Shown here: one piece after another, positions 21,201 to 29,703 of the stretch
Layout: each line of letters starts with the position of its first letter
Numbering within the stretch: the first letter of the stretch is position 1
Assembly: GCA_963668355.1 (NCBI GenBank)
Contig: OY764265.1
Location: 1,760,001 to 1,824,000 of the forward strand
Source: Bdellovibrionota bacterium
Lineage (GTDB): Bacteria; Bdellovibrionota_G; JALEGL01; DATDPG01
Direction: 5' to 3'
DNA length: 64,000 bases
Notes under the pieces: generated by a model
Told to the model about the DNA's origin: nothing
The model's database searches: none
Seen by the model: the letters and a program-made list of their open reading frames with translations, nothing else
Translations under genes and position numbers: made by a program

Positions 21201-24200
21201 ATACACGTGCCCGCATTATCTCAGAGGCCGGGACTGCCTATTCGAGCAATGTTGGTTTTAACGTATTGGCCCCGAGTTTAACGATCACCAAATGTGCCGA
21301 CGCTGCGACTTCAGCGGCAGCACCACTTTCTTTGGCGGACTCAGCGGGTTTCCGTGTGATGATTGAAAACAATGGAACCAGTCCTGCTTATGATGTTACG
21401 GATGTCGTGGACAAGCTCTATAGAGGGCTAGTTTATTCCTCCAATACGGTTACTGCATACTATTGCTCTGATGGGGCCAGTGCGGTGTCCTGTGGTGGTT
21501 GGGTGTCGGGAGATTGTGCGGCTCAAGGGGGAACGCTTTCAACCGTATCGGCAACCGTTCGCGCAGGAGAGTCTGTAGAAGCAGCCAACTTTGGTGTGGA
21601 CGGACGACAAGACCTAACCTTTCCGGTGATAGATGGTTCGGGAAATCCTGACATCGAAGTGGACGGGTATTTCGTTCTCGAATTTACCAATGACATTTCA
21701 TGTGAGAGCGCGGCCGATGGAAATGATGAAAACAACTACGGTGTGCATACCGACGACGATGGCTTTGTAGATGGATGCACATTACCTCGATTGCCGGAGG
21801 GCAATACGCTTTCCAATAGTGTTTCGGTTACATCGTACACCAGTCAAGATGGCGTGTTTGCAGGTGAGGGAGACTACGGTCCAACCAACTCTAACACTCT
21901 TACGGTGACGCTCGATCACGATGGTGATGGCATTCCGAATTCATCGGAAGGCGATGACGGCGATGATGCCGATGGCGATGGCGTGCCCAACTATCTGGAC
22001 ACAGACTCCGACGACAACGGCATTGATGACGCTACGGAAGGCACTGGAGATGCTGATGGTGATGGCATCCCAGATTATCGCGACATCGATGATGACAATG
22101 ATGGCATCACGGACGCCGATGAAATTGTAGCTGGAGGAGATTCGGATACCGATGGCGATGGAAGCAACGACTACGAAGATCCCGACAGTGATGGCGATGG
22201 CATCGGGGATGGCGATGAAGGTGGAATCGGAACCGACACCGACGGTGACGGAACCGACGACTATTTAGATTTGGATTCGGATAACGATGGGATTCCAGAC
22301 TTAATTGAACAAGGTCTCGGCGCCTACGAAACCACAGGAGATGGATTGCTTTCGCCGGCCGAAATTACCGCATCCGGATTAGATGTTGACGGTGATGGTG
22401 CGATCAATGAAGACGAACTTGCCGGTGGCTTTTTTGATGATGCCGATGGTGATGGTGATCCGAACTTTAGAGAATTGGATTCGGACAATGATGGTCTGCC
22501 GGACTTGGATGAAGCCGGCTTGTCGGTATTCGATGACAATGGCGATGGGTACATTACAACCGCAGAAGGTGCCGACATTGACGACGGAGCGGGAGACGAC
22601 GTATCGGGTGGCGATGATGATGACAACTCAGCCCTGGACCTCGACGAAATTGCAGATGCTGATTTCGATTTAACGCCAGACTTTTTAGATCATGACTCGG
22701 ATCAGGATGGAGTGGCTGACATCATTGAAAACGGTCGCTATGTTTGTGATGCCAACACCAATGGCGAAATTGACTATCCTGGTGAAGTCACAGGTTGCAC
22801 GGGTGATCCCGATGGAAATGGGAACTCGGATGGTTTCATTCAGATTGGTGAATTAGCCCTGCTTGGCAATGACGTCGATAGCATTCCGGATTATCAGGAT
22901 GTGGACTCAGATGGTGATGGCATCGGCGATATTATTGAAGCCTCCGCAACCGATCGAGATAACAATACAGACGGTGAAATCACGGGAATGGAAACCTTGA
23001 TTTCAACGTTTGCGGGATTGGAAGATACCGATTCCGATACGACGACGCCGGACATCTGGGATACAGACTCCGATGGAGATACGATTTTGGATCTTCATGA
23101 AAGTGATGATGCCAATGATGACTATGATGCAGGAACGATCGTGGTGCTCTGGAGTGGTTTGTTTGACTCAGACACTGATCCAGATGGAACGCCCAATCCA
23201 GACGGAACGCCGGACTTTCGCGAAACGGATTCCGATGACGATGGTTATTTAGATGAAGACGAAGCAGGAGATGCCAATCCAAATACGGTACCGGTTGATT
23301 TGGAGCCCAATGGAACGCCTGAGTTTCAACAGTTTAATCGACCCGAGTTGGTCATCACAAAATGTGTGTCTTCGACCACGGCTGGAAATGAGCCGATCAC
23401 GTTGGCCGATGAACTCGAATACATCATTCAGGTCAAGAACACCGGTGATCGTGGCGCCTATGACGTAGACAATGTGGTGGACAATCTCATGCAAGGCCTT
23501 AAATACACAGCCGGTGGCGTGACGGCCTTTGCTTGTAGCGCAGGTGCTTCAACTGACTCGTGTGAACATAACTGGGGAGCGGATGCCGATTGTACAGACG
23601 TCTCCACCGATGTTCGTGGCGTAGAAGTTGTGGAAGCTCCCATTGGAGGCGACAACCGACAGGAAATTGAATTTCCGGTGTTTGATGGTGTGGCTGGTGA
23701 TCCAGATATGGGCGTGGATGCTTACTTCGTTGTGAAATTTACGGCGGACGTTTCGTGTGAATCAGCAGCGGATGGAAATGGTCCGGATGCCTACGGAGTC
23801 CATACCGACAACGACGGCTTTACCGATGGATGTACGGATCCACGTATGCCCTATGCCGCTACGGTAGACAATGTCGCATCAGTAGTTGGATACGAAATCT
23901 TTAATGGTGATGGAGCACCACCTTATTACACGCTAGGAAATTCCAACACGGTAAGCCTGGACATGGATCATGATGGCGATGGCATCATCAACGATGATGA
24001 AGATGGTGGAACCGGCATCCTCGACTCAGATGGTGACGGAGTTCCCAACTATTTGGATTCGGATTCTGACGATAATGGCATCTCCGATGACACGGACGGA
24101 ACGGGTGATGCCGATGGTGATGGCACCGAAGACTATGCCGACACCGACGATGACAATGACGGAGTAAACGACGCGGATGAAATCGTATCCAGTGGCGGTG

Positions 24201-27200
24201 GAGTTGATACGGATGGTGATGGAGCCAACGATGAAGTTGATCCTGACGCCGACGGCGACGGAATCATCGACGGTGACGAAGATGGTGAAGGAACCGATAC
24301 CGATAGTGATGGATTGGATGACTTCCTAGACACCGACTCCGATAACGATGGTATTCCGGACTTCATCGAAAATGGTCTAGGAGCCTATGACACGGATGAT
24401 GATGGGTTGCTGTCTCCTGCGGAAATCACGGCTTCCGGTTTGGATGACAATAGTGACGGAGCCATTAGTGAGTCTGAGTTAGATGGAAGTGGAGGAGCTT
24501 TCCCCAACACGGATGGTGTGGGCTCGACCTACAACTTTCGAGATGATGACGCCGACGATGATGGTCTTCCCGACCTCTATGATTGGCTATTGGAAGAACT
24601 CACGGTCGCGCAGATCAATGCCATCGATACCAATGGCAATGGCTACATCGATACGCCCGGTGAAGAGATCGCTTTAGGCAATGCTGTGGGTGATGCAGAT
24701 GGTGTAATTGAAGCCAGTGACATGAACGACCTAGATTCCGATTCAATTTGGAATCATTTGGATACGGATTCGGATCAAGATGGCGTTCCCGATATTTTGG
24801 AGAATGGTCGATATGTTTGCGATGTTAATGGCGATGGTGACATCGATTATCCTGCCGAAGTCACGGGTTGTACGGGTGATCCAGATGGCAACGGCAACAG
24901 CGACGGCTTCATTCAGCCGAGTGAGTTGACCGTGCCTGATCGCGATACGGATGCGACGCTTGATTATCTAGATCGGGATGCTGATGGCGATGGAATAGGC
25001 GATTTGATTGAAGCCTTCTCGGCTGATGTAGATGGCAACACGGATGGTTTTATCTCCACGTTGGAATATGCCATTGCGATCGTCGGCATTGGTGACGCGG
25101 ATGCAGCTCTGGATTTCAACGAACTTCCAGATACGGACACCAACGGCACGCCCGATATTTGGGATACCGATAGTGATGGAGACACCATTCTTGATTTACA
25201 TGAAAGTGACAATCGAGAGGCTTATAACGCTTACAATGCGAACACGTTGGTGGTTTTGTGGGCACATTTATTCGACTCCGAAGCGGCTCCAGATGGAACG
25301 CCAGACTTTCGGGACACAGAATCAGATGGTGATGGCGTGTTGGATTCCGTGGAGGCTGGCGACGTGGCTACCGGTACGGTTCCCGTAGACACCGACAGTG
25401 ATGGGGATCCTGACTTTCAGGACTTAGACAGCGACGGTGATGAACTAAATGATGAAGATGAAATCACCTTGGGATCCAATCGAATCGTCACCGACAGTGA
25501 CGGCGATGGCTGCTTTGACGGTTGTGAAGTGTTTGGCAACGTCAATGCATTTGCTGCCTGCCCTTACGATGATGTAGCCAACGCAGGTTGGTATCCTGGA
25601 GCAGGAAATGTAGGCGCTCCCATCACGGATCCCACGGACTCCGATACGGATGATGGTGGAACCAATGACTGTGATGAAGCGAGCAACCCACCCGGCGACT
25701 ACACCAATCCTATGACTGGAAACGGCGCGGACGATGCGTGGCATGCCGAGGATAATGACAATGATGGTCTGACCAATGACGAAGAGACGTTTAATACGTT
25801 AACCGACCCCAATGATAACGACAGTGATGATGACGGTTGTACGGATGGGTGTGAGGTTTTGGGCAATACGGCCGGTTGTGTTTACGATGACGCGGCCAAT
25901 TCACATTGGTTCCCTGGTGTGGGCACCTTGGCCAATCCTGTGACCAATCCGCTCAGTACGGACACCGATACGGACACGTGTAATGACTGCCTCGAAGCAA
26001 CAACCATGAACACCAATCCCAGAGTGACCGATACAGATGGTGACGACGTCAACGATTGTCGTGAACGAACGCTAGGCACTGATCCAAATGACACGGATTC
26101 TGATGATGACGACCTTACAGATGGAGAGGAAGTCAATGATATTGGATCCGATCCGCTGGATACAGATACCGACGACGATGGTTGTTTGGATGCTGATGAG
26201 GTCAACACGTATGAAAGTGATCCCCTTTCTGATCCAGATACGGACGGAGATGGCCTGACGGACTGTCAAGAAGACGGAACTTACGGCACCGATCCCGAGC
26301 TTGAAGACACGGATGATGGAGGCATTGACGATGGTGTGGAGGTCAATACGTTTAACACCGACCCGCTTGATCCATTGGATGATTGCCCCAACACCAGAGA
26401 CACAGATGGTGATGGGTTGTCTGACTGTGAAGAGGTTTCTTTGGGAAGCGATCCGACGGATGCCAGTGAAATTACGATTCAAGGTTCAGGTACGGATGGC
26501 CTGTTTGGTGTGGGCTGTGGCCAAACGCGCAAAGGGGCTGGTTTAGGGTTGTTGTTTTTCCTTGGCCTGGCTGGCCTGAGCATGGTTTTAAGAAGACGAA
26601 GAGTCTTGCTTAGCCTGGGCGTGATGCTCGGCATTTGGATGGCTCTGAGTCCTGCCATGGCCTTGGATGTGCAGCTTTTTAGGCCGGCACCGGATCGAGG
26701 TGATGGCGTAACGGTTCGGGGCTCCAATGTTCTGGACGTCAATCAATGGCAAGCGAGTCTCTTTTTGAACTTTGTTAGAAATCCAATTGAGTTTGGTTTT
26801 CGAACCGATGATCCTCGTGTGGACGATATCGTGAACTGGTTTCTCACCAGTAATGCGATGTTTGAGTTTGGCCTTCATAAACGAGTTACGCTCGGTGTGG
26901 ATGTTCCGGTCAACTTCTTAAGCAATGTCGAAGGCCTTACGCAAGTGGATGACGATGAAGACATGTCCTTAGGTGATGTGCTTATTCGCGCCACGATTCA
27001 GCTTCGTTCAAAACTGAACGATGGAGAACGTCAATGGGGCTTTGCTTTGGTTCCTTTTATCACTGTACCCACGGGATCCGAACCTGATTTTATGGGGCAG
27101 GCCAATGTGACGGGTGGAGTTCGCCTGGTGGCCGATCGTTGGATTTCTCCGCGAAACTATCTGGCATTTAATATTGGCTTTCGAGGAAGAGAACGTGAAC

Positions 27201-28186
27201 GCATTGCCAACTTAAATGTGAATCACGAGCTTTTGGGATCGGTCTCCTATGTGAGAAAACTTTCGGTAGAAAAGAAATGGGATTTCTTTGCCGAGATGTT
27301 TGGCTCTGTGGCTACCACCGACTTCTTCACAGAAGAAACATCTGCCCCTGTTGAATTCGTGGCGGGTTTGAGAAAATACTGGAAAGAACGAGAGTGGGTT
27401 TGGGTTTTAGGCGCAGGTCGTGGCATGAACAATGGCGTTGGAGCACCAGACTATCGCGTGTTCACGGGGCTGACCTACACGCCTCAAAAAGAAAAAGAAC
27501 CCGAACCAGTTCCAACACCCACACCGATTCCCATGGGAAAACTTAACGTTACAGTGAAAGATGCCCAAGGGGATGCGGTTCTTGCATCATTGTTGTTGCA
27601 GGATGCAGAGAAGACTCAGGTCTTTTTGGAGGAAAATGCTTCGGAGTTGGAAAGAGAACTTACGCCCTCCAATTACATGCTCTATGTGCAAGCCAAAGGA
27701 TATCAATCTAAGGAAGAGTTCGTGGAAATGGCGGATGCGCAGCATGTGATCAAGGAAATCGTACTGCTTCCCAAATTGGGTAAAAAGATCGAACTCATCG
27801 GTTTGGTCCACTTTGATTTGAACAAAGCAACCATCAAGGAAGAGTCGTATTCGATTCTGGATAACGTGGTTGAGGTTCTCAATAAGTACCCGGACGTGAA
27901 AAAAGTTCGAGTTGAGGCTCATACCGATAGTCAGGGCTCTGAGGCGTACAATCTAGACCTTTCCAAACGAAGGGCTAAGGCTGTGATGGTTTACTTGATT
28001 GATAAGGGGATCGATGGAGATCGATTAACCTCACAGGGTTTTGGTGAAACGCGTCCGGTGGAGACCAACGAAACCAAAGAAGGTCGAGCGAAAAACCGCC
28101 GCGTGGAATTCACTATTTTGGATGATGGATCTCAGACATCCATCGAAAATAAAAAAAGTGAAGAACGGCCTGTGTCTCAAGATTGA
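18257..28186 (+). CDS. Giant adhesin-like protein: DUF11/isopeptide-type Ig repeats, Ca-binding DxDxDG repeats, internal MYXO-CTERM-like motif, second signal peptide, beta-barrel, OmpA-like C-terminus
   Basis: Signal peptide ending AHA; TKS..PGDTLTYT..D repeats; dozens of DSDGDG-type motifs; GVGC..LFFLGLAGLSMVLRRRR..SPAMA; C-terminal VHFDLNKATI..EAHTDSQG..YNLDLSKRRA..NRRVEF. Confidence 0.9.
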   Translation: MKSSLSMFLVGLFSLFFFNAHAAPVADLNLSATASPLYGDNVTITLTFDNTDATDTGYYPIMRFVLPPELAYSSVDDCGGLGTPTITQDNSDPGTDPYTGEEITLAAGETLIVVKPLVGQITPDQPNVVCQVTATAASQTVFETDQITGGRAIFVLGGDPGGVADVCGGAGDTICSTVQTADVTPTLFTLSKSLSQPRPSGTGPEFPVDFTVAGSLASGQTLNNVSISDVIPDEIVLTPADPGDCSTFTMSPAPTTCVYTPDATATSGGTIALTYATLNANTSLEYTGYIPETDDASAAVINATTGATTTSQNLASADADEFPSAQTDQVTINHRSVDLTKSVANTNDLGGSGNTPGDTLTYTLRFSVSDYFQIQNITIDDTIGDGQFYVNDSLNVAVRENGSTTNVNEPNATAQGHYSHTYNAGDGTTDLALDLGGILGDAFFGFADSVLSGDDTHGSGSSTLVTITYETTILDDYVSDPGSGDTSVDASDDLVNNVNSLEFDIVGGDVDVTRTASATATIAAITSVTKEISHLNGGAPGAAPVHISAGDTVTYKITTVIPGGDAEDMKITDFLPRPLFTSAPCPSYNASNPPAVGNWTFGTNDSGVASGSIAVSCSTTNNSIEFAFPDFDVAGGSSGTVEIYFTVTAQNEPIQDGLLQVNLAQLTYNDSTNTAAATAVATQSFVGDAPELSVSKNATLVSGNSSISDGDVSEAEGSEEITFEVDIENTGAETAFDVELTDTLPAGFGPPSGGACSGAACSYAISLSADCNNGGASTPDTTTDVDQDEIKITDMQIAAGDTCTVTYTLKLDSTVVWGSEITNTATVRFASELGGSDFSPATDSSNVTIDEPSATIAVSQPSGEVGDSITYSITVDLPQGQSSSFSVTAQERTADFWGTLDVSDFSVAMTGGLSGAGPFCSTSDTDLCFTNDPTATGSQSVNTTFFLMNLGATSNVNTDFGAHTFTLEITAQVLQEVTGNHNTRARIISEAGTAYSSNVGFNVLAPSLTITKCADAATSAAAPLSLADSAGFRVMIENNGTSPAYDVTDVVDKLYRGLVYSSNTVTAYYCSDGASAVSCGGWVSGDCAAQGGTLSTVSATVRAGESVEAANFGVDGRQDLTFPVIDGSGNPDIEVDGYFVLEFTNDISCESAADGNDENNYGVHTDDDGFVDGCTLPRLPEGNTLSNSVSVTSYTSQDGVFAGEGDYGPTNSNTLTVTLDHDGDGIPNSSEGDDGDDADGDGVPNYLDTDSDDNGIDDATEGTGDADGDGIPDYRDIDDDNDGITDADEIVAGGDSDTDGDGSNDYEDPDSDGDGIGDGDEGGIGTDTDGDGTDDYLDLDSDNDGIPDLIEQGLGAYETTGDGLLSPAEITASGLDVDGDGAINEDELAGGFFDDADGDGDPNFRELDSDNDGLPDLDEAGLSVFDDNGDGYITTAEGADIDDGAGDDVSGGDDDDNSALDLDEIADADFDLTPDFLDHDSDQDGVADIIENGRYVCDANTNGEIDYPGEVTGCTGDPDGNGNSDGFIQIGELALLGNDVDSIPDYQDVDSDGDGIGDIIEASATDRDNNTDGEITGMETLISTFAGLEDTDSDTTTPDIWDTDSDGDTILDLHESDDANDDYDAGTIVVLWSGLFDSDTDPDGTPNPDGTPDFRETDSDDDGYLDEDEAGDANPNTVPVDLEPNGTPEFQQFNRPELVITKCVSSTTAGNEPITLADELEYIIQVKNTGDRGAYDVDNVVDNLMQGLKYTAGGVTAFACSAGASTDSCEHNWGADADCTDVSTDVRGVEVVEAPIGGDNRQEIEFPVFDGVAGDPDMGVDAYFVVKFTADVSCESAADGNGPDAYGVHTDNDGFTDGCTDPRMPYAATVDNVASVVGYEIFNGDGAPPYYTLGNSNTVSLDMDHDGDGIINDDEDGGTGILDSDGDGVPNYLDSDSDDNGISDDTDGTGDADGDGTEDYADTDDDNDGVNDADEIVSSGGGVDTDGDGANDEVDPDADGDGIIDGDEDGEGTDTDSDGLDDFLDTDSDNDGIPDFIENGLGAYDTDDDGLLSPAEITASGLDDNSDGAISESELDGSGGAFPNTDGVGSTYNFRDDDADDDGLPDLYDWLLEELTVAQINAIDTNGNGYIDTPGEEIALGNAVGDADGVIEASDMNDLDSDSIWNHLDTDSDQDGVPDILENGRYVCDVNGDGDIDYPAEVTGCTGDPDGNGNSDGFIQPSELTVPDRDTDATLDYLDRDADGDGIGDLIEAFSADVDGNTDGFISTLEYAIAIVGIGDADAALDFNELPDTDTNGTPDIWDTDSDGDTILDLHESDNREAYNAYNANTLVVLWAHLFDSEAAPDGTPDFRDTESDGDGVLDSVEAGDVATGTVPVDTDSDGDPDFQDLDSDGDELNDEDEITLGSNRIVTDSDGDGCFDGCEVFGNVNAFAACPYDDVANAGWYPGAGNVGAPITDPTDSDTDDGGTNDCDEASNPPGDYTNPMTGNGADDAWHAEDNDNDGLTNDEETFNTLTDPNDNDSDDDGCTDGCEVLGNTAGCVYDDAANSHWFPGVGTLANPVTNPLSTDTDTDTCNDCLEATTMNTNPRVTDTDGDDVNDCRERTLGTDPNDTDSDDDDLTDGEEVNDIGSDPLDTDTDDDGCLDADEVNTYESDPLSDPDTDGDGLTDCQEDGTYGTDPELEDTDDGGIDDGVEVNTFNTDPLDPLDDCPNTRDTDGDGLSDCEEVSLGSDPTDASEITIQGSGTDGLFGVGCGQTRKGAGLGLLFFLGLAGLSMVLRRRRVLLSLGVMLGIWMALSPAMALDVQLFRPAPDRGDGVTVRGSNVLDVNQWQASLFLNFVRNPIEFGFRTDDPRVDDIVNWFLTSNAMFEFGLHKRVTLGVDVPVNFLSNVEGLTQVDDDEDMSLGDVLIRATIQLRSKLNDGERQWGFALVPFITVPTGSEPDFMGQANVTGGVRLVADRWISPRNYLAFNIGFRGRERERIANLNVNHELLGSVSYVRKLSVEKKWDFFAEMFGSVATTDFFTEETSAPVEFVAGLRKYWKEREWVWVLGAGRGMNNGVGAPDYRVFTGLTYTPQKEKEPEPVPTPTPIPMGKLNVTVKDAQGDAVLASLLLQDAEKTQVFLEENASELERELTPSNYMLYVQAKGYQSKEEFVEMADAQHVIKEIVLLPKLGKKIELIGLVHFDLNKATIKEESYSILDNVVEVLNKYPDVKKVRVEAHTDSQGSEAYNLDLSKRRAKAVMVYLIDKGIDGDRLTSQGFGETRPVETNETKEGRAKNRRVEFTILDDGSQTSIENKKSEERPVSQD
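21270..25440 (+). repeat. Internal tandem duplication (about 690 aa x2) in the giant CDS
   Basis: ITKC..SCESAADGN..YGVHTD.DGF.DGCT.PR..DHDGDGI..ENGRYVCD..EVTGCTGDPDGNGNSDGFIQ..DTILDLHESD occurs twice (from about 21270 and about 23342). Confidence 0.85.
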
Positions 28187-28343
28187 GACATCACTAAATT
28201 GGGTGGTGCTTGGGAGCACGTGGGAGTAGGTCTGTGGGGGGCACCTGTCGACAAGTGTCGTTCTCAATACGATGATGTCTATATTGCTGTTTCTGAAAAG
28301 CTCGATGCCAGTGTCTTCGTTTTCAGGTAGGAAGTGTATATCC

Positions 28344-28979
28344 ATGTTCACGTGTCCACTATGCCGCACAATAATCAAAACTTCTCCAAAGACGATTGGC
28401 CAGATGAGATACTTCTCCTGCACACAATGCAGGCTGATCTTTCTCGATCCCTCTCAACGGTTGTCGAATGCCCGTGAGCGCGAGCGGTATGAGAAACATG
28501 AAAATTCCATTCACGATCAGGGATATCGGAGATCACTGCAAGGGTTGGTCACGGAAATGCTTCAACGTCTTCCTTTGAGGGCCAAAGGCCTGGATTTTGG
28601 TTGTGGACCGGGCCCCGTGTTGTCGATCATGTTTCAAGAAGAGAATCATCGTGTGTTTGAATACGATCCTTTTTTTGCTCCCGACGCAAAACTTTTGGAT
28701 CAGACGTATGATTTCATCACATGTTCAGAAACACTTGAGCATATTTTCCATCCAGAAAAAGAAATGAACTTACTCCACTCCCTTCTACGCCCAAACGGAT
28801 GGCTAGGAGTCCAAACAAAAATGTTTGAAGACTGGGAAGAATTCGCTCAATCTTCTTATCGGCGAGATCCCACTCACGTATGTTTCTACAATCGCAGTAC
28901 GTTTCTTTGGATGGCTAGAAAAATGTCCTGGAAAGTCGATTTCCCAGGAAACCATCTAGTTTTGATGCAAAAGATGTAG
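28344..28979 (+). CDS. Class I SAM-dependent methyltransferase with N-terminal Zn-binding motif
   Basis: CPLC..CTQC, GLDFGCGPGP, YDFITCSETLEH, YRRDPTHVCFY. Confidence 0.88.
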   Translation: MFTCPLCRTIIKTSPKTIGQMRYFSCTQCRLIFLDPSQRLSNARERERYEKHENSIHDQGYRRSLQGLVTEMLQRLPLRAKGLDFGCGPGPVLSIMFQEENHRVFEYDPFFAPDAKLLDQTYDFITCSETLEHIFHPEKEMNLLHSLLRPNGWLGVQTKMFEDWEEFAQSSYRRDPTHVCFYNRSTFLWMARKMSWKVDFPGNHLVLMQKM

Positions 28980-29095
28980 CTTCCGGATCACGGTTTGGCC
29001 GGGAGGTTCCAATGTGAAGAATGCCATCGAAGGCCTATGCAAAAAGTGTTCGGGTGCTGAAAAAAGGCCACGTCTTTTTCGAAAAAGAGCAATAA

Positions 29096-29139
29096 AATCA
29101 ATAGTATAAAATTTTTTAAACGGTGGCACAGAACCTGAA
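29096..29139 (+). promoter_or_regulatory. Sigma54-like promoter with upstream IHF-like site
   Basis: TGGCACAGAACCTGAA at 29124-29139 (GG-N10-GA variant); AATCAA-TAGT-ATA upstream. Confidence 0.45.
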
Positions 29140-29189
29140 ATCCTTCACGGAAATATTAAATTTCAAAACTTAGAAGGGTGGGAGAGGAA

Positions 29190-29624
29190 ATGAAAAAATC
29201 CATCATTGTTTTTAGCGTTTTTTTTGGACTGATTGGACTGGTCGGTTGTGGTTCAGAGAGTGATCAAGCGAAGCAAGAAGTTATCTCTGATGCTCAATTG
29301 GCCAAACTGAGTGAAGATTTTGATTTTATTGCCGTGGGAGAAATGGAAACCACGTATGCCGAGGTCGGTTGTGGAAAAACATCTTCTCAGACTTTTGTAA
29401 TGGTACCAAGAGGCGAGTCAGCCGTTTTTGCTGCGGGAGGTGGCGAAGAAGTTACGATAACATGTACGGGCACATGCAATTCGAATGGCCCCAACGGGTG
29501 CTATACTGGTGGTTGTGATCCTCAAAATGGTGGTTGCACTCCAGTACATTGCAGCGGAGAAGGGTGCGCAGGTGGCTCCTGCTCTCGCACGGTCAGTGGA
29601 AAAATTGCCATGCAAATGATGTAG
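29190..29624 (+). CDS. Small cysteine-rich lipoprotein
   Basis: MKK + hydrophobic stretch + LVGC lipobox; 8 Cys in a roughly 40-aa Gly-rich C-terminal segment; GAGAGG RBS. Confidence 0.8.
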   Translation: MKKSIIVFSVFFGLIGLVGCGSESDQAKQEVISDAQLAKLSEDFDFIAVGEMETTYAEVGCGKTSSQTFVMVPRGESAVFAAGGGEEVTITCTGTCNSNGPNGCYTGGCDPQNGGCTPVHCSGEGCAGGSCSRTVSGKIAMQMM

Positions 29625-29649
29625 TTCTGGCTACTTCGAAATAATATTT

Positions 29650-29696
29650 AAGGGCACGATCCTTCAAGATACTTGGGAGCATCGTGCCCTTTTTTT
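29650..29696. terminator. Intrinsic terminator between convergent genes
   Basis: AAGGGCACGAT..ATCGTGCCCTT hairpin followed by a T-run. Confidence 0.75.
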
Positions 29697-29703
29697 GTTT
29701 CAT

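Noticed and set aside
21900..26480. Repetitive GAT/GAC/GGT-rich DNA as a CRISPR array or DGR repeat
   Set aside because: The repeats are in-frame Asp/Gly codons with synonymous variation; no constant repeat-spacer pattern, cas gene or reverse transcriptase
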